A stretch of DNA of 64,000 nucleotides, taken from assembly GCA_973895155.1 (NCBI GenBank), contig OZ316895.1, positions 15,754,816-15,818,815 on the forward strand. The letters run 5' to 3'. The stretch's first letter is position 1. Every line of letters begins with the position of its first letter. The stretch is from Marsupella aquatica. Its lineage: Eukaryota; Plantae; Marchantiophyta. The notes under the pieces are model-generated. The model worked only from the letters and a program-made list of their open reading frames with translations, searched no databases and had not been told where the DNA came from. The position numbers and the translations under genes are program-made. This document shows positions 35,932 to 47,032 of this stretch, piece by piece.

Positions 35932-38900
35932 ATGACGATGGCGGAGGTAGCAGAGGTAGAGGAAGCCAATACTTTAGTTACTCTGGCTTCCTATGGGACA
36001 AGTTTTGCAAAGCAGCAGCTAGAGGGTTGTTACAAAAAATCCAACGCCGTGGAGCAATTTCCAAACAAGGTGTTGACACTTCACTCAAAGGTAGAGCTAT
36101 GGAACACTCTATTGAAACGATTCGGGATGTCGGAAGACGAGATGATACTCCCTACTGTGGCTGCAATTGAGGAAGCTCGTAAATGGCTGGAGAGAGAGGA
36201 AGATCGCCTGCTCCAGCTGCAGAGTTCCTGCTGCTTCAGGAGAAAATGTTCTAAGACCTTTTTCCCCGACGAATTGACGACGAGTTTCCAGAATGTGATT
36301 GATTCCATTGACGTACTTCCCCTGAACAAGACGCCGAAGGAAGAGGCTCGAGAAGCGCTGGAGAACGCACGACAACGTAGAAATGACAGCATTGCCACCT
36401 TGCCCTTTGCTCCAGACAGCAAGTATGTTCCCATTTCGGGGTCATTACTAGAACTGAGAAATGCGCTAGAATCGGAAGATGGATGCCAAGTAGTTACGTT
36501 ATATGGGAGTCCTGGCTCGGGAAAGTCCACGATGGCGCAATACGTGGCTCTCTATTATCAGGATAGTCGGCAGCTGCCCCTGAATCGTAAGGGAGCTTCG
36601 GATTCCCTGGCATACTTCCCAGACGGGGTATTCTATCTCGATTGTGGGCCGGATGCCGACAGCAGAGCAAAGCACTTGGAATTGCTGCACAGTTTGGCTT
36701 CTAGGCCAGAGGAGCTAGCAGCAACGGGGGCGGCAAATCATGGCCAGGACGCAAAGATTAATTCCGACTACGACATTCACAACCGGCTCTGCGCGCGCCT
36801 GTCTGGTCAGTCCGTACTGATTGTTCTTGACGATGTGTGGAATCAAGAGCTTGTACAGCAAGTCCTGGTGACAGAGAAGTCTGTGAAATACCTGCTCGTC
36901 TCTCGAAAACGAGGGGTTTGGGAAGATTCTTTGCATGTCAAGTTAGAAATGCCTAATATGGAGGAAGCGCGGGCAATTCTTGCAAATTACACTGGCGGGC
37001 AAACTCCTGGCAGCAAAGTCGCGGCTGAACTGCAGGTACAATAATTAATCATAGTCAAAATATAATCAGAACTTTTTGCATTTAGTTTAAGAATCCGAAT
37101 TGGTTTCGTGAGGAAAGGAGAATTTTGCTTTCTGGTTTTGTGTAGTGTGAACATTGCATTTCATGAACCTGGATTCAAGCATTTCCCAGACCGTCGTTGT
37201 CTGTGTTAGTGCTCAGCATCAAATAGCATTCTGAATGTAAGGGAGATTTCTAGATGCTGCAGAAGCATAGTTTGTTCATGGCAAGACACAGCTTAAGGAT
37301 CCGGGATTGAATTTGATCAGCAGCACTGATGAACGCCTTTGTTCCAGGTGTTGGTCGAAGACGTAATAAAAACTTCAAACTTCCATCCCTTGGTGCTTGC
37401 CAACTTGGGCACGGCCATGAAAGGCGAGGGGTCGACAGATCCTGCAGAATGGAGGGCGTCGAGGGACGAGCTATTTGATGTGGAGAGTGACGAGGAGGAA
37501 TCCTTCTCGGGTCCACTTGGATTCGGGAATTTGATGTACCCCAGGACGGTGGTCTCTTCCACAATAATGGCCATAAATGTTTTGCCGTCAGAGGCGCAGT
37601 CCCTGCTATTGTTGGCAACTCTATTTTCTGGCCCTTATGTTCCAGAACAAGTTCTCAGAACTTTGTTCGAAAGTGTTTATGGTATCAGACGGAGAACTTA
37701 TCTGAGGTGGAGGAATCAGCTGGAAGACCGAGGGTTCATCCAAGTTCAGGCTCATGCCCTTCCCTGGAGTACTCTTCCTGTTCGGACTTTTTCAATAAGT
37801 CGCTTGAGGCAGTATTTCATCCGAAAAGTGAAGAAAGAGTCTATCAGCTTCTTGGTGCAGTCGATACTAAGTCTAGGTGAAGACAGCCACGCCGATACTA
37901 ATCTTGTGACAGCTCTTTCGGCAATTTACGGTGTGGAAGAACTGAGAGCTGGCGCAGCAAAGCAATTGGGCGTGGACATCAAGCAGAATGTGAGTGTATG
38001 GAGGTGTGTCCAGCCATTCGTTTGGCTTCTGGAGATCCAGGGTGGGGAAGTGTGGGATGAGCAAGAGCAATGTCTTCACTCGGCGAAACAGGTGAATTTT
38101 CTATTATCTCTCGTTTGAAGTATTTGAACAACATCGCTGAATACGTTGGATGTAAAATGGGAGCTCTCGGATTTCCCTACAGAAGATTCATTTGACTTTG
38201 ATAAGGACCATCTATTGTCTCGATCAAGTGAGTCAAAAACCGGTAATGTTTAGATGAGATTGTGGACTATTTTGCATCTTCTTATGCCCTCTAGATTATT
38301 CGCTCGATGTGAAATCCGAGTGTTTTCCTTGTAGGTCTTACCTATTGGTCGGTGCATATGCGTTAGGGTCAAGTTCTTGACATGGATCAAGGTATGGTGA
38401 ATTGCAGGTGATTTTCCAGTACATCGGTCAAGGAAAATTGGCTCACGATGACCTCTTGCGACTGCTCCAGCAGCCCAAGACAAGCGCGGCCACGTGCTGG
38501 GCAGTCGAGTTGATGGCCTGGAACTGGAGCACGTTAACCCTATGGGGTGCACTTTCAGACAAACCTCAAAAAAGTCTCTTCAGGTGGACTTCAAAAAATC
38601 TAGGACCAGTACTGGCATTCAAAGGATTAATTGATCTCCTGAAGAAAGATGTCGATGACTGTACTCAAAGGTTGGCAGCAAATGCTCTGGTTTCGTTTGC
38701 ATGGGCCAGCCACGATATATACTTACCAGCAGCTTCATTTGCTTTGGCGGAATTGGTGACATTGTTGAGCAGAGATGCCAGTGCCCTTGCACAGGAAGCA
38801 GGAGCAAGAGCCTGCGGAAGGCTGGCACATCTAAAGGGCAGGAATTCACAGGACATTAATGCGGTGGGTGAGTTCCCTGGAGTTGTGGAAGGTCTTGTCA

Positions 38901-40426
38901 GATTGCTAGTAGAGGATGTGAGCATGGTTGTACAGACAGCTGCTGTAGAGGCCCTGTACCTCTTGGCAGGTGACAGGAGCACTGCGGGAAGGATTTTAGC
39001 GACAAGAGGTGCTCTTCAGAAGCTGGCAGACCTGCTGGGGAAAGCCTCCCACTCTGATGCCCAACAATTTGCAGTTTTGGCTCTATACAATCTGTCCAGG
39101 CACGAAGACATTGTGCTGGCACGCGAAACGAAGGACAATTTTGTTTACTCGCAGATTGAAAACTCTGCTTCCAGTTTGTCATCAATCGAGGGCCGGTCTC
39201 CTTTGCAACGACCGGCTGAAGAGCAGGAGAGCAGTAGTCAAATAGTAGCAGTTCCGGGAATGCTTAGAGGCCTTGTGGGTTTACTACTCCATGAAGTGAA
39301 GCCCGTGCTTCAAATGCTGGCAGGATCCACTCTACGAAGGCTCGCGGAAGTTGAGGTTAACAGGCGTGGCATTGCCAAATTCCCGGGAGCACTGGAAGGC
39401 CTCGCTCGGATTTTGTGTAGTCAAGACTTAGGTTCAGCTGGGTTGGATATCATTGCGCAGGCGGAGGCAGCGGAAACTCTGGTGATTCTGGCAGAAGTCG
39501 ACCTGAATGTAAAGCAAATACCAGGTGCCGTGGAAGGCCTGAAAAGATTACTAGCCCAAGACGTACATCCTTACGTGCAGGAGCGTGCAGCTAAATGCTT
39601 GACCATCATCGACCCAATTCGAGCCAATCAAGTCACTCTCCACTCCGGTGCGGCGTATCGAGCTCGAGCAGTAGCAAATATTCATATGGGACTGTTCCAC
39701 CAAGCACTGGCCGACCTTCAAAAATTGTCTGTGCAGGAGCCTGGGAGCCGACAAGCATTTCATGAGTATGTCTACCTGAATCTTATGTCTGTTTCCTGCA
39801 AAATATGTGGCGTCCATCTGCGTTTCGAACCTACTTTAAATTTCTCTCCTGCACGACTGTGCTGTGTTCGTCTGCACTTTTGCCTTGAGTTTATTGGTCT
39901 TCTCCTGCGCAATTGAACAAGTTATCGGATATTTGCCGGAAAGTTGAAATTTGATCATGTCTCAATCGAGGCCTTCTAGTATGTATATTTCATGCCCTGC
40001 CCTGCCCTGCCCTATTCGTGGACTGGACTCAATAGGCAAGAACTTGATTTGTTGCGCAGGTTTCGCTATGTGAATGCAATGCTGGGAGACTATGATAGTG
40101 CACTAGCCGTTGCCGACGAAGCCATCCAAATACAGCCATTGTCTCACTTCGAGTGGGCAGAGAGGGGAGTCGTGCAGCGCTTGACTGGAGACTATGACGG
40201 AGCGCTGGCAGATTTCAACACAGCGCTCGATCTGAATGGAGATGTATATGAGTACCGTAAGCAACGAGCATATGTAAAATTCCTAATTGGAGACGAAGAA
40301 GGAGCGAGGGCAGACGTCCAGGCGACTGCGTACTTAACTCCGAACATTGCAAAAAGCAAGCTCCCTCATGACGCCAACTTTTCTTTGTGTGAACTCTCAG
40401 TTGCATTCCTTGGTCATGCCCTGTAA
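35932..40426 (+). CDS. Atypical NLR-like STAND protein: helical N-terminal domain, NB-ARC, ARM repeats, TPRs; ~1190 aa, 4 exons (35932-37035, 37348-38091, 38408-39765, 40060-40426)
   Basis: NB-ARC motifs: P-loop VVTLYGSPGSGKST, RNBS-A-like YFPDGVFYLDCG, Walker B LIVLDDVW, RNBS-B KYLLVSR, GLPL-like FHPLVLANLG. ARM-like repeats: PGVVEGLVRLL...VQTAAVEALYLLA and PGAVEGLKRLL...VQERAAKCL. TPRs: AYRARAVANIHMGLFHQALADL and WAERGVVQRLTGDYDGALADFNTALDL. All three introns are GT-AG and phase-compatible (0, 0, 2). Confidence 0.9.
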
Positions 40427-43400
40427 ATTATGTAAAGTTTGAGTATTTCATAAGCAGAGTCACCACTTTCAGGGTCATCTCTGTAGAAGGCGAAGTGCAG
40501 GTGCCAACGAAGGCCCCTCACTAGCGTCGCGGCTGATTCGGTTCTCAGCAGTGGTGGACCGGTTTCATAGATTTTTGGCGGATCTGTAACACGATCTTGG
40601 AATGTGTAGCATATTACCCGGGGTTAGTTGGAAATTTTCCAACCAGCTGCACCCGAAATAGTGTACCGTAATCAGAAACTCTCATTCGGCAATGTGGAAG
40701 CCATCTTCTGTGAGGATCTCAGTGAACAGAACTTCTGGAGAGCGATCCTTGGGCAGATAGTTTTCCCTGTGGACTCTCTCCCACAGCAGTAGATAGTGTG
40801 GTTCTCATTTTACTTTTCCATGTTGTCAGCAGCTGAAGCAGCAGCCTCCCACATTAGAGAGAGCTGGACTTAGTATCATTAAGTCGACATTTTTTTGGGT
40901 GTCTAGGGCTTTCCGGTTCTTCTGAGGGCTTCGTTGTACCCTCCTAAGTGTACATAATTTATTTTTGAGCTGCTCATGTATTTAATAGGCTGACGCCCCT
41001 GGTGAATGTTGCATGGGCTGTTTTCAGAGGCTGTTTTGAGGGCTCATTGCCGAACTTTGTGTCCTCTTGTTTTTACATTGTGAGAAGTGATCCCCTTGGT
41101 AATGAATTCGTTGGTGGATTTGTTATGATGTCTTCTTCATTTGCATTGAGAAGTGGTTGCCCTGGTGTTCAATTTGTTCCTCCGTTGGAAAGAAACTACC
41201 GTACTTCAAAATGGTCGATGCTTTAAAGACGAACAACACCGCATGGGCTTCAGAGACTGACTCTTGGCCATCTCGTCCCTTTGCCCTGCTCCGAGTTTTG
41301 GCCCATACTGCATCACATAAGGGCTGACAACATTGCTGGACTTCCGTTCATCTGCATGATATTTCTGCTTCTCGCTGCCCAGAATTGGATCATCACCTCC
41401 TCACAGTTCGCTCTCGTCGCCTATTTCACTTCCAGGGTCTTGATAACTCGATCGTCGGAAAGCTCTGGTCTACTGCTAGTATTACGGCGTTATGGAGAGA
41501 TCGAATTCTTAGTTTAGGAGGGATGGGATACAAGGAGGAGGACGGGAAGTTAATGCCTCAGGACAAGCAAATTTCCTTATAATTGCAGCTTGTGTAGAAT
41601 CTTCCACGTGAACTGACCCATGCTAGAAAGAGATGCAAAGGCATGGCACTGTCCCAAGAAACTTGGCATGGAGCAAAGGTAGTCTCATCCCACAGAGTTT
41701 GTCCTCGAGTTTTTATCCGCCTTGTTTACACCCACAAGAGGTACCTCAACAACCTGCTGCCGATATTGTTCGCTTCCATTTCTTTCATTCTCTCTAGTTA
41801 ACATTCAAAAATGAGATGTTATTCGTGGAAAAGGATTTCTTCCGCGGTCCCGCGGTAATTCACATTCCATAGTTCATGGATGCCCTAACAGTCAGTATGA
41901 CAAGTGGGACGGTAAAGGGTCTTCTTCTGCGCTCCCATGGTAAATGACATTCCAAGAGTTGTGTGTGTTTATAGAGTACCTCACGCCAAGTCTCTCAAAA
42001 ATAGTAAAGGCTGTATGGTTACAATAATAGTTCCTCTGACAGGATATTGCGCCCCTAGTTGGTCACCTTGACTGGTGCATCGCCACTGCACATTACAACA
42101 ATGTCCATCGAATGAGGCACAAATTTCGTTCATTGTCTGGCGGGTATCAATCCTATCGACTATGTACATCGAAGACTAAGATGAAGTGCGTAACGTCCGC
42201 CAACGGAGAGAACAAGGGAAATAATTTAAAGCATTTACTTTGGTACTATCACTGCGTTGCGTAGTCCTTGATCTTGAGGGTTCCCGCCAAGATATCGACG
42301 TCCTGCGTTGAGTATCATGATTGAATGCCACCGAAAAGGGCTAAGCATATTGAATTGTATGGAATGTGACTGAAAGTGCCTCTGTTGAAATTGAAAGATC
42401 AAATTCTATTGATAACGAAGCGGGCAGCAATTTGAAGTACTTCGCGACATTTTCATCAACGGCAGAACCTTGTGCAATCCCCCTGAAAAAGGTTTGGGGC
42501 AATGGTCGAGGCACTAGACAAATATCTACCGTAATTCAGGCTACAACCGTACAGTATTGGATAAATTCACTACTCGATTCGACACGCCAATTCCGACTTC
42601 TCTTCCGCAGTGCTCAATCAGTTTCCAAGATCAATTTCAACTTCTTGAAACGATATTGGAACAAACTGGTAGCATTTTAAAACACACTACCAGTTCCAGT
42701 AGTCAAGTTCGGAGAGTAAGGAAACAGTATGAAAAGTAGACACAGTACAAGAAGCAGCTCAGCAATAAACACAGCAGGTCCGAAATCACCGACGGGCCGA
42801 AAGTCTCGGTGAACTTCGTATGTGAAAAGCTGCAATCTTCCTGTAAACACAGAAAAGTTTTTTGAGATTATAGAAAGCTCAACACACTATCTCAATGGAG
42901 ACCGTTCACTCCCCGTCGAGTGCCATTCAACGTGTGGACGTCTGCAAGACATGCGGGACGACATAACTAATTGCTCTTTCGACGACAAAGCTGGTCCACG
43001 AAATCTATGGTTATCAGGCTGAGTAAGTTCTTGATAGCTGGCCATCAGCATCTCATGGATAGTATTTTCTGTCTTAAACACTAAACCGACTGACCTAGTA
43101 TAGTGGACGGTTAGAAGATGCGGAGGTCACCCCCGAGGTCACTCGCCAATGAGGATGACTACTCCACTGGACGACAAAGCCGCCACGAAAATTATGCGAA
43201 CATCAAACTGGCACTTTAAACATATATCTGTAAAGCTCGTTCCCAGGCTGGATGATTCGATGTTCGATTGCCAGCTTCGACTTCCATGATTTTCAAATTG
43301 GAGGATAGACATCAAATCGCGACATCAAATCGCAAACAGTCTATCCCCATGGATGCGTGTGACGCACGATCATTTCTCACTCTTTCCACATACAGTACAA

Positions 43401-44083
43401 ATCAAGTAGTCCAGCGCGGATCATGCACCATTTCTCACGACAGAGAATAATTAGCAGTCAGGGTGTACGCATCAATACAACATGCCGACAGAAATCTCAA
43501 TTCCGGACAAACATGGAATCATGGGACCTATCAATCTTCTCAGCCTACAGTCACCATTGCTGAGAGTTATTTGACACTCACAGAAAGAATATCGACATCA
43601 GTTCTGAGCCCTCATTGTGAGAAAATATCCGATACATTACATCGAACTGGCGACGAAAGAGAAAAAACTGATGAATTATTTACTAAAAAGGACAAAACGT
43701 CAAGAGGAGACACGCGGTATCTATATCATCAAAGCTTAAGCCAGACATGATGCTGACATCTGTATAAACTTTCATGGGCCATCCTTATCCACCTAAGGGA
43801 CGGAACATCAGTCCGCCTGTCCTTGCTCTGTCTCACCACTCAGAACCTGATTGGTTATTGCTCCTAACAATACATAGACACTAAAATCTCTGCTGAGGTC
43901 AGAATTCATCTGGCTGAATTTACCAGCACCATCTTGGAACTGAATTGAGGCCTCGCATTTCGCATTTCGCGCCAGGGAAGATGCCAAAATCTCTATCACA
44001 GCAGATTCAAGCGTTGACATTTGTTTCCTTGGACCACGCCAGAGAATCCTCATCCATATGATAACAGCCGCTCGCTACGGCAA

Positions 44084-44407
44084 CTAGGAGGACGCGCTAA
44101 GAGGCCTGAATGGATTCAGACCGTGGCATTTGAATCGGCAATAGTCAAGGAACTCAAGCACGTCGGAACTGAGCTGGAGACTGCAGACTTCTGTGATGCC
44201 GCAAGGGTAAACGATATCGTTTATCATATAGTCGCAGCAGTCGTCCTTATCTGGAGCAGTTGTTAGGCACGAATCCAATCCGGTAGCTAGGCCGGACGCC
44301 GTGCACACCGCTGCACTCGCCCTCGGCACCGAGCACGAAAGAAAGCAAAACGCCAGCAGTGCCACTGCTACCAGGTGATGAGCGTGTGACGTAGAGCAGT
44401 TCGCCAT
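44084..44407 (-). CDS. Small secreted cysteine-rich protein (107 aa), 8-Cys motif resembling the nsLTP/prolamin fold
   Basis: Hydrophobic signal peptide LVAVALLAFCFLSCSVPRASA. Mature pattern C-X11-C-X9-CC-X10-C-X5-C-X14-C-X3-C. Minus-strand splice signals upstream suggest a 5' UTR intron (donor ~44647, acceptor ~44456). Confidence 0.75.
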   Translation of the reverse strand: MANCSTSHAHHLVAVALLAFCFLSCSVPRASAAVCTASGLATGLDSCLTTAPDKDDCCDYMINDIVYPCGITEVCSLQLSSDVLEFLDYCRFKCHGLNPFRPLSASS

Positions 44408-44989
44408 CTCGTAGTATCGATCACGGATCCCTCAGCTCACAGACTCAAGGTAACGCCTGTCGTCTCTTGAAAGAACAGTAAAAACAAATCAACACAGACG
44501 AATAGATGAAACCAATCACTGGAAAATCCGGATGCCAGATCAAACAGACCGAAGGAAACGCAAGGCCAGTAGGACACACAACGAAGCAAGTAACAACGCC
44601 ACATTAGAAAGAGGAGCCACTCGAGTCACATAGGAACAGGACTTACGCAGAGAGTCCACCGCAGTATATCGTGTACAGAATATCTTAGTTCTCCAGCCCG
44701 AGAAAGGAGAATGCACAGGAAATGCTCACCTCGTCTCGCCTCGCATTCTTTCATTCAATAAATTATCTGTGAAGATTGACGGGCAAACAGGGAGGCAGAG
44801 AGGTAGCCACGCAGGCAGCACAGGCAGGTAGGAAGGCGAATCGTGGAAAGACCTTTACTGCTAAAGAGTTCATTTCAATCGAATCATCATCATTGCGGTC
44901 GTGCCGTGTGCCCTGTCTGAACAGTCGCTCGAGAGGAGGTTTCTCGAGGAAAAGAGAGAAAGAGAAAGAGAACGAGAACAGAACGAGAA

Positions 44990-45147
44990 TGGACGGACGG
45001 TGAACGGACGGTGCGACGGAGGGACGAACGGTGAAATGGACGGTGAAACGGAGGGCCGAACGGTGAAATGGACGGTGAAACAGACGGTGAGACGGAGGGA
45101 CGAACGGTAAAACGGACGGTGAGATGGACGGACGGACGGACGGACAC
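44990..45147. repeat. Low-complexity GACGG/ACGGTGA minisatellite
   Basis: Many ggacggacgg and acggtgaaa units. These explain the spurious ORFs at 44870-45255. Confidence 0.85.
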
Positions 45148-45269
45148 TGTGAAGGGATGATCGGAAGGAGACGTGGTCAAGGAGCGATCGAGACGAGATG
45201 GAACCCCACAGAAGGTGAAGAAAGATGCGTGGTTCCCTGTAATCCACTGGCACACCCTGTTTCTTTGGT

Positions 45270-45720
45270 CTATTTTAAAACAACTAACTACCCAATATTC
45301 TAAACATGTCTCCCTAAACTACCCAATATTCTGAACATATCTCCCTAAAGTAACCAATATTAACTACCCAATATTATTAACCTGTTCTCCAAACAAAATT
45401 AATTACTACCCTGTCTCTCATTTTATATTTGAATTAATATTAACTTGCATATGGGGTTCTTATAGTCAAGTGCAGCTAAGGAAGCATGGCCAAGGGGTTT
45501 CACGGTGGGCTCAGGCTATCTAGTAACAACCTCTCACATGGCAATGAGAACCCATATACAAATTAATATCAACTCAAATACAAAATGAGGGATATGGTGA
45601 TAATTAATTTTGTTTTGGGGGCACACTAATAATATTGGGTAATTTGGGGGACAGGTTAATAAAAAGCTATATTTTAAAATGGGGGTCAAGAGCATGAAAA
45701 GAACAAAGGTAAATTCCATA
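45270..45720. mobile_element. Foldback/Mutator-like MITE related to copies A and B; ends approximate
   Basis: acccaatattattaa...aaacaaaattaatta...ctcattttatatttgaattaatattaa...atatggggttct (~45366-45460) is inverted to agaacccatata...aaaatgag...taattaattttgttt...taataatattgggt (~45547-45640). tttgggggacagg is shared with A and B. Confidence 0.7.
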
Positions 45721-47032
45721 CTGAATTGAGCTCACTCAAGATACTCATGGGTGTCAACTTCAAATGTTATAACTTTCCATGGAGTTTCACCAACTTCTTG
45801 TTGAAAAAATTCAAAAACCAAGACTGAACAAAGGTTACATGTGTATGACTACTCATGGAGGTGTGTAACCATGTTCCAGTCAAAGAGTGTCAAAAAACAA
45901 GAAAACGTCTGACAAACCCTTACAGTCACCCCATTCCAGATAGTTTTTTTCCCTCCTCTTCCAATTTAAATTTTGGTTGGATTTTCTAATTTGTCAATCC
46001 AAGAGTTAACAAAAACAAGATCCATTTTAACCCATTTTTATCCTTTCCCAAGTCAACTTTATTAGGATTCACTATATTTGTCGATCCAGGAGTGTACGAA
46101 ACGAAAAACATCTGACACCCCTTCAATCAACCCCCTCACAATCAAAAGAGTGTCATTTGACTGGATAATTTTGTTCCCTCCTTGATTGGTTCCCTCCTTT
46201 TCCAACTTAAATTTGGGTAAAATTCACACGATTTTGTCAGTTTTACTGTTCATATTTTGGTATGATTACCATGTTAGAAATTTTGGTAGGATCCTTCATT
46301 AAAATGAAAGATAGATTTCTTATAATTTGTGACCAAGGTAGGACCCAAGACTTGTACACACCCAAAGAACGCTCCGGATGTTATTTCGCGTATTACGTGT
46401 GGAGGTAATGCACAGGTACCTGAACAGTAACTAACCCGAACCTCAAGGGCGGGTTACACACCCTCCAGAAAGCACAACATGTTTCTTATTTAAGAGGGGA
46501 CTTTGAGTAAGTTGGGGAAAATCCTCGTTCTTTTTTTCGTATTATACAGTTCTTAACCAACCACCAAGCCCCAGTGAACTAGATTTGAAACTAAGCTGGA
46601 GCATAGTGTACAACACTAACAAGTAAGTTAAGCAGTCTCTAAGGAGAATGCTGGTAACCTTTTTAATATATCATCCATAGTCCCCATCACAAATAACGTA
46701 TTTCTCTCTCATACAACTCCCCATACTAATGTCATCAACGTCAACCCCCTTAAAAACATTTACCCATCAACACATACTTCCCCAATCCCAATTTCACTTC
46801 GTTTCCTACGCCTGCAAAAATTTATGGCCGTTCTACTTGTTTCTCACGAGAAAATGATTCACTCAGCATTTGGGCCTGGAAAATTACTACAATCTGGTAA
46901 GACCTAGATGTGCTCAAGCACCAGTCCATAGAGTGCTAAAAATTGCCTACTCCTCTTGGTTTTTTTCTTCAATTTAGAATCCCGACCTCACCAGTATCTG
47001 CCCTGCTCTCATGTAGCAGGTCCCTTCGTGAC

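Noticed and set aside
44776-45255. Several overlapping ORFs of 69-127 aa
   Set aside because: Products of the GACGG and GA low-complexity repeats.
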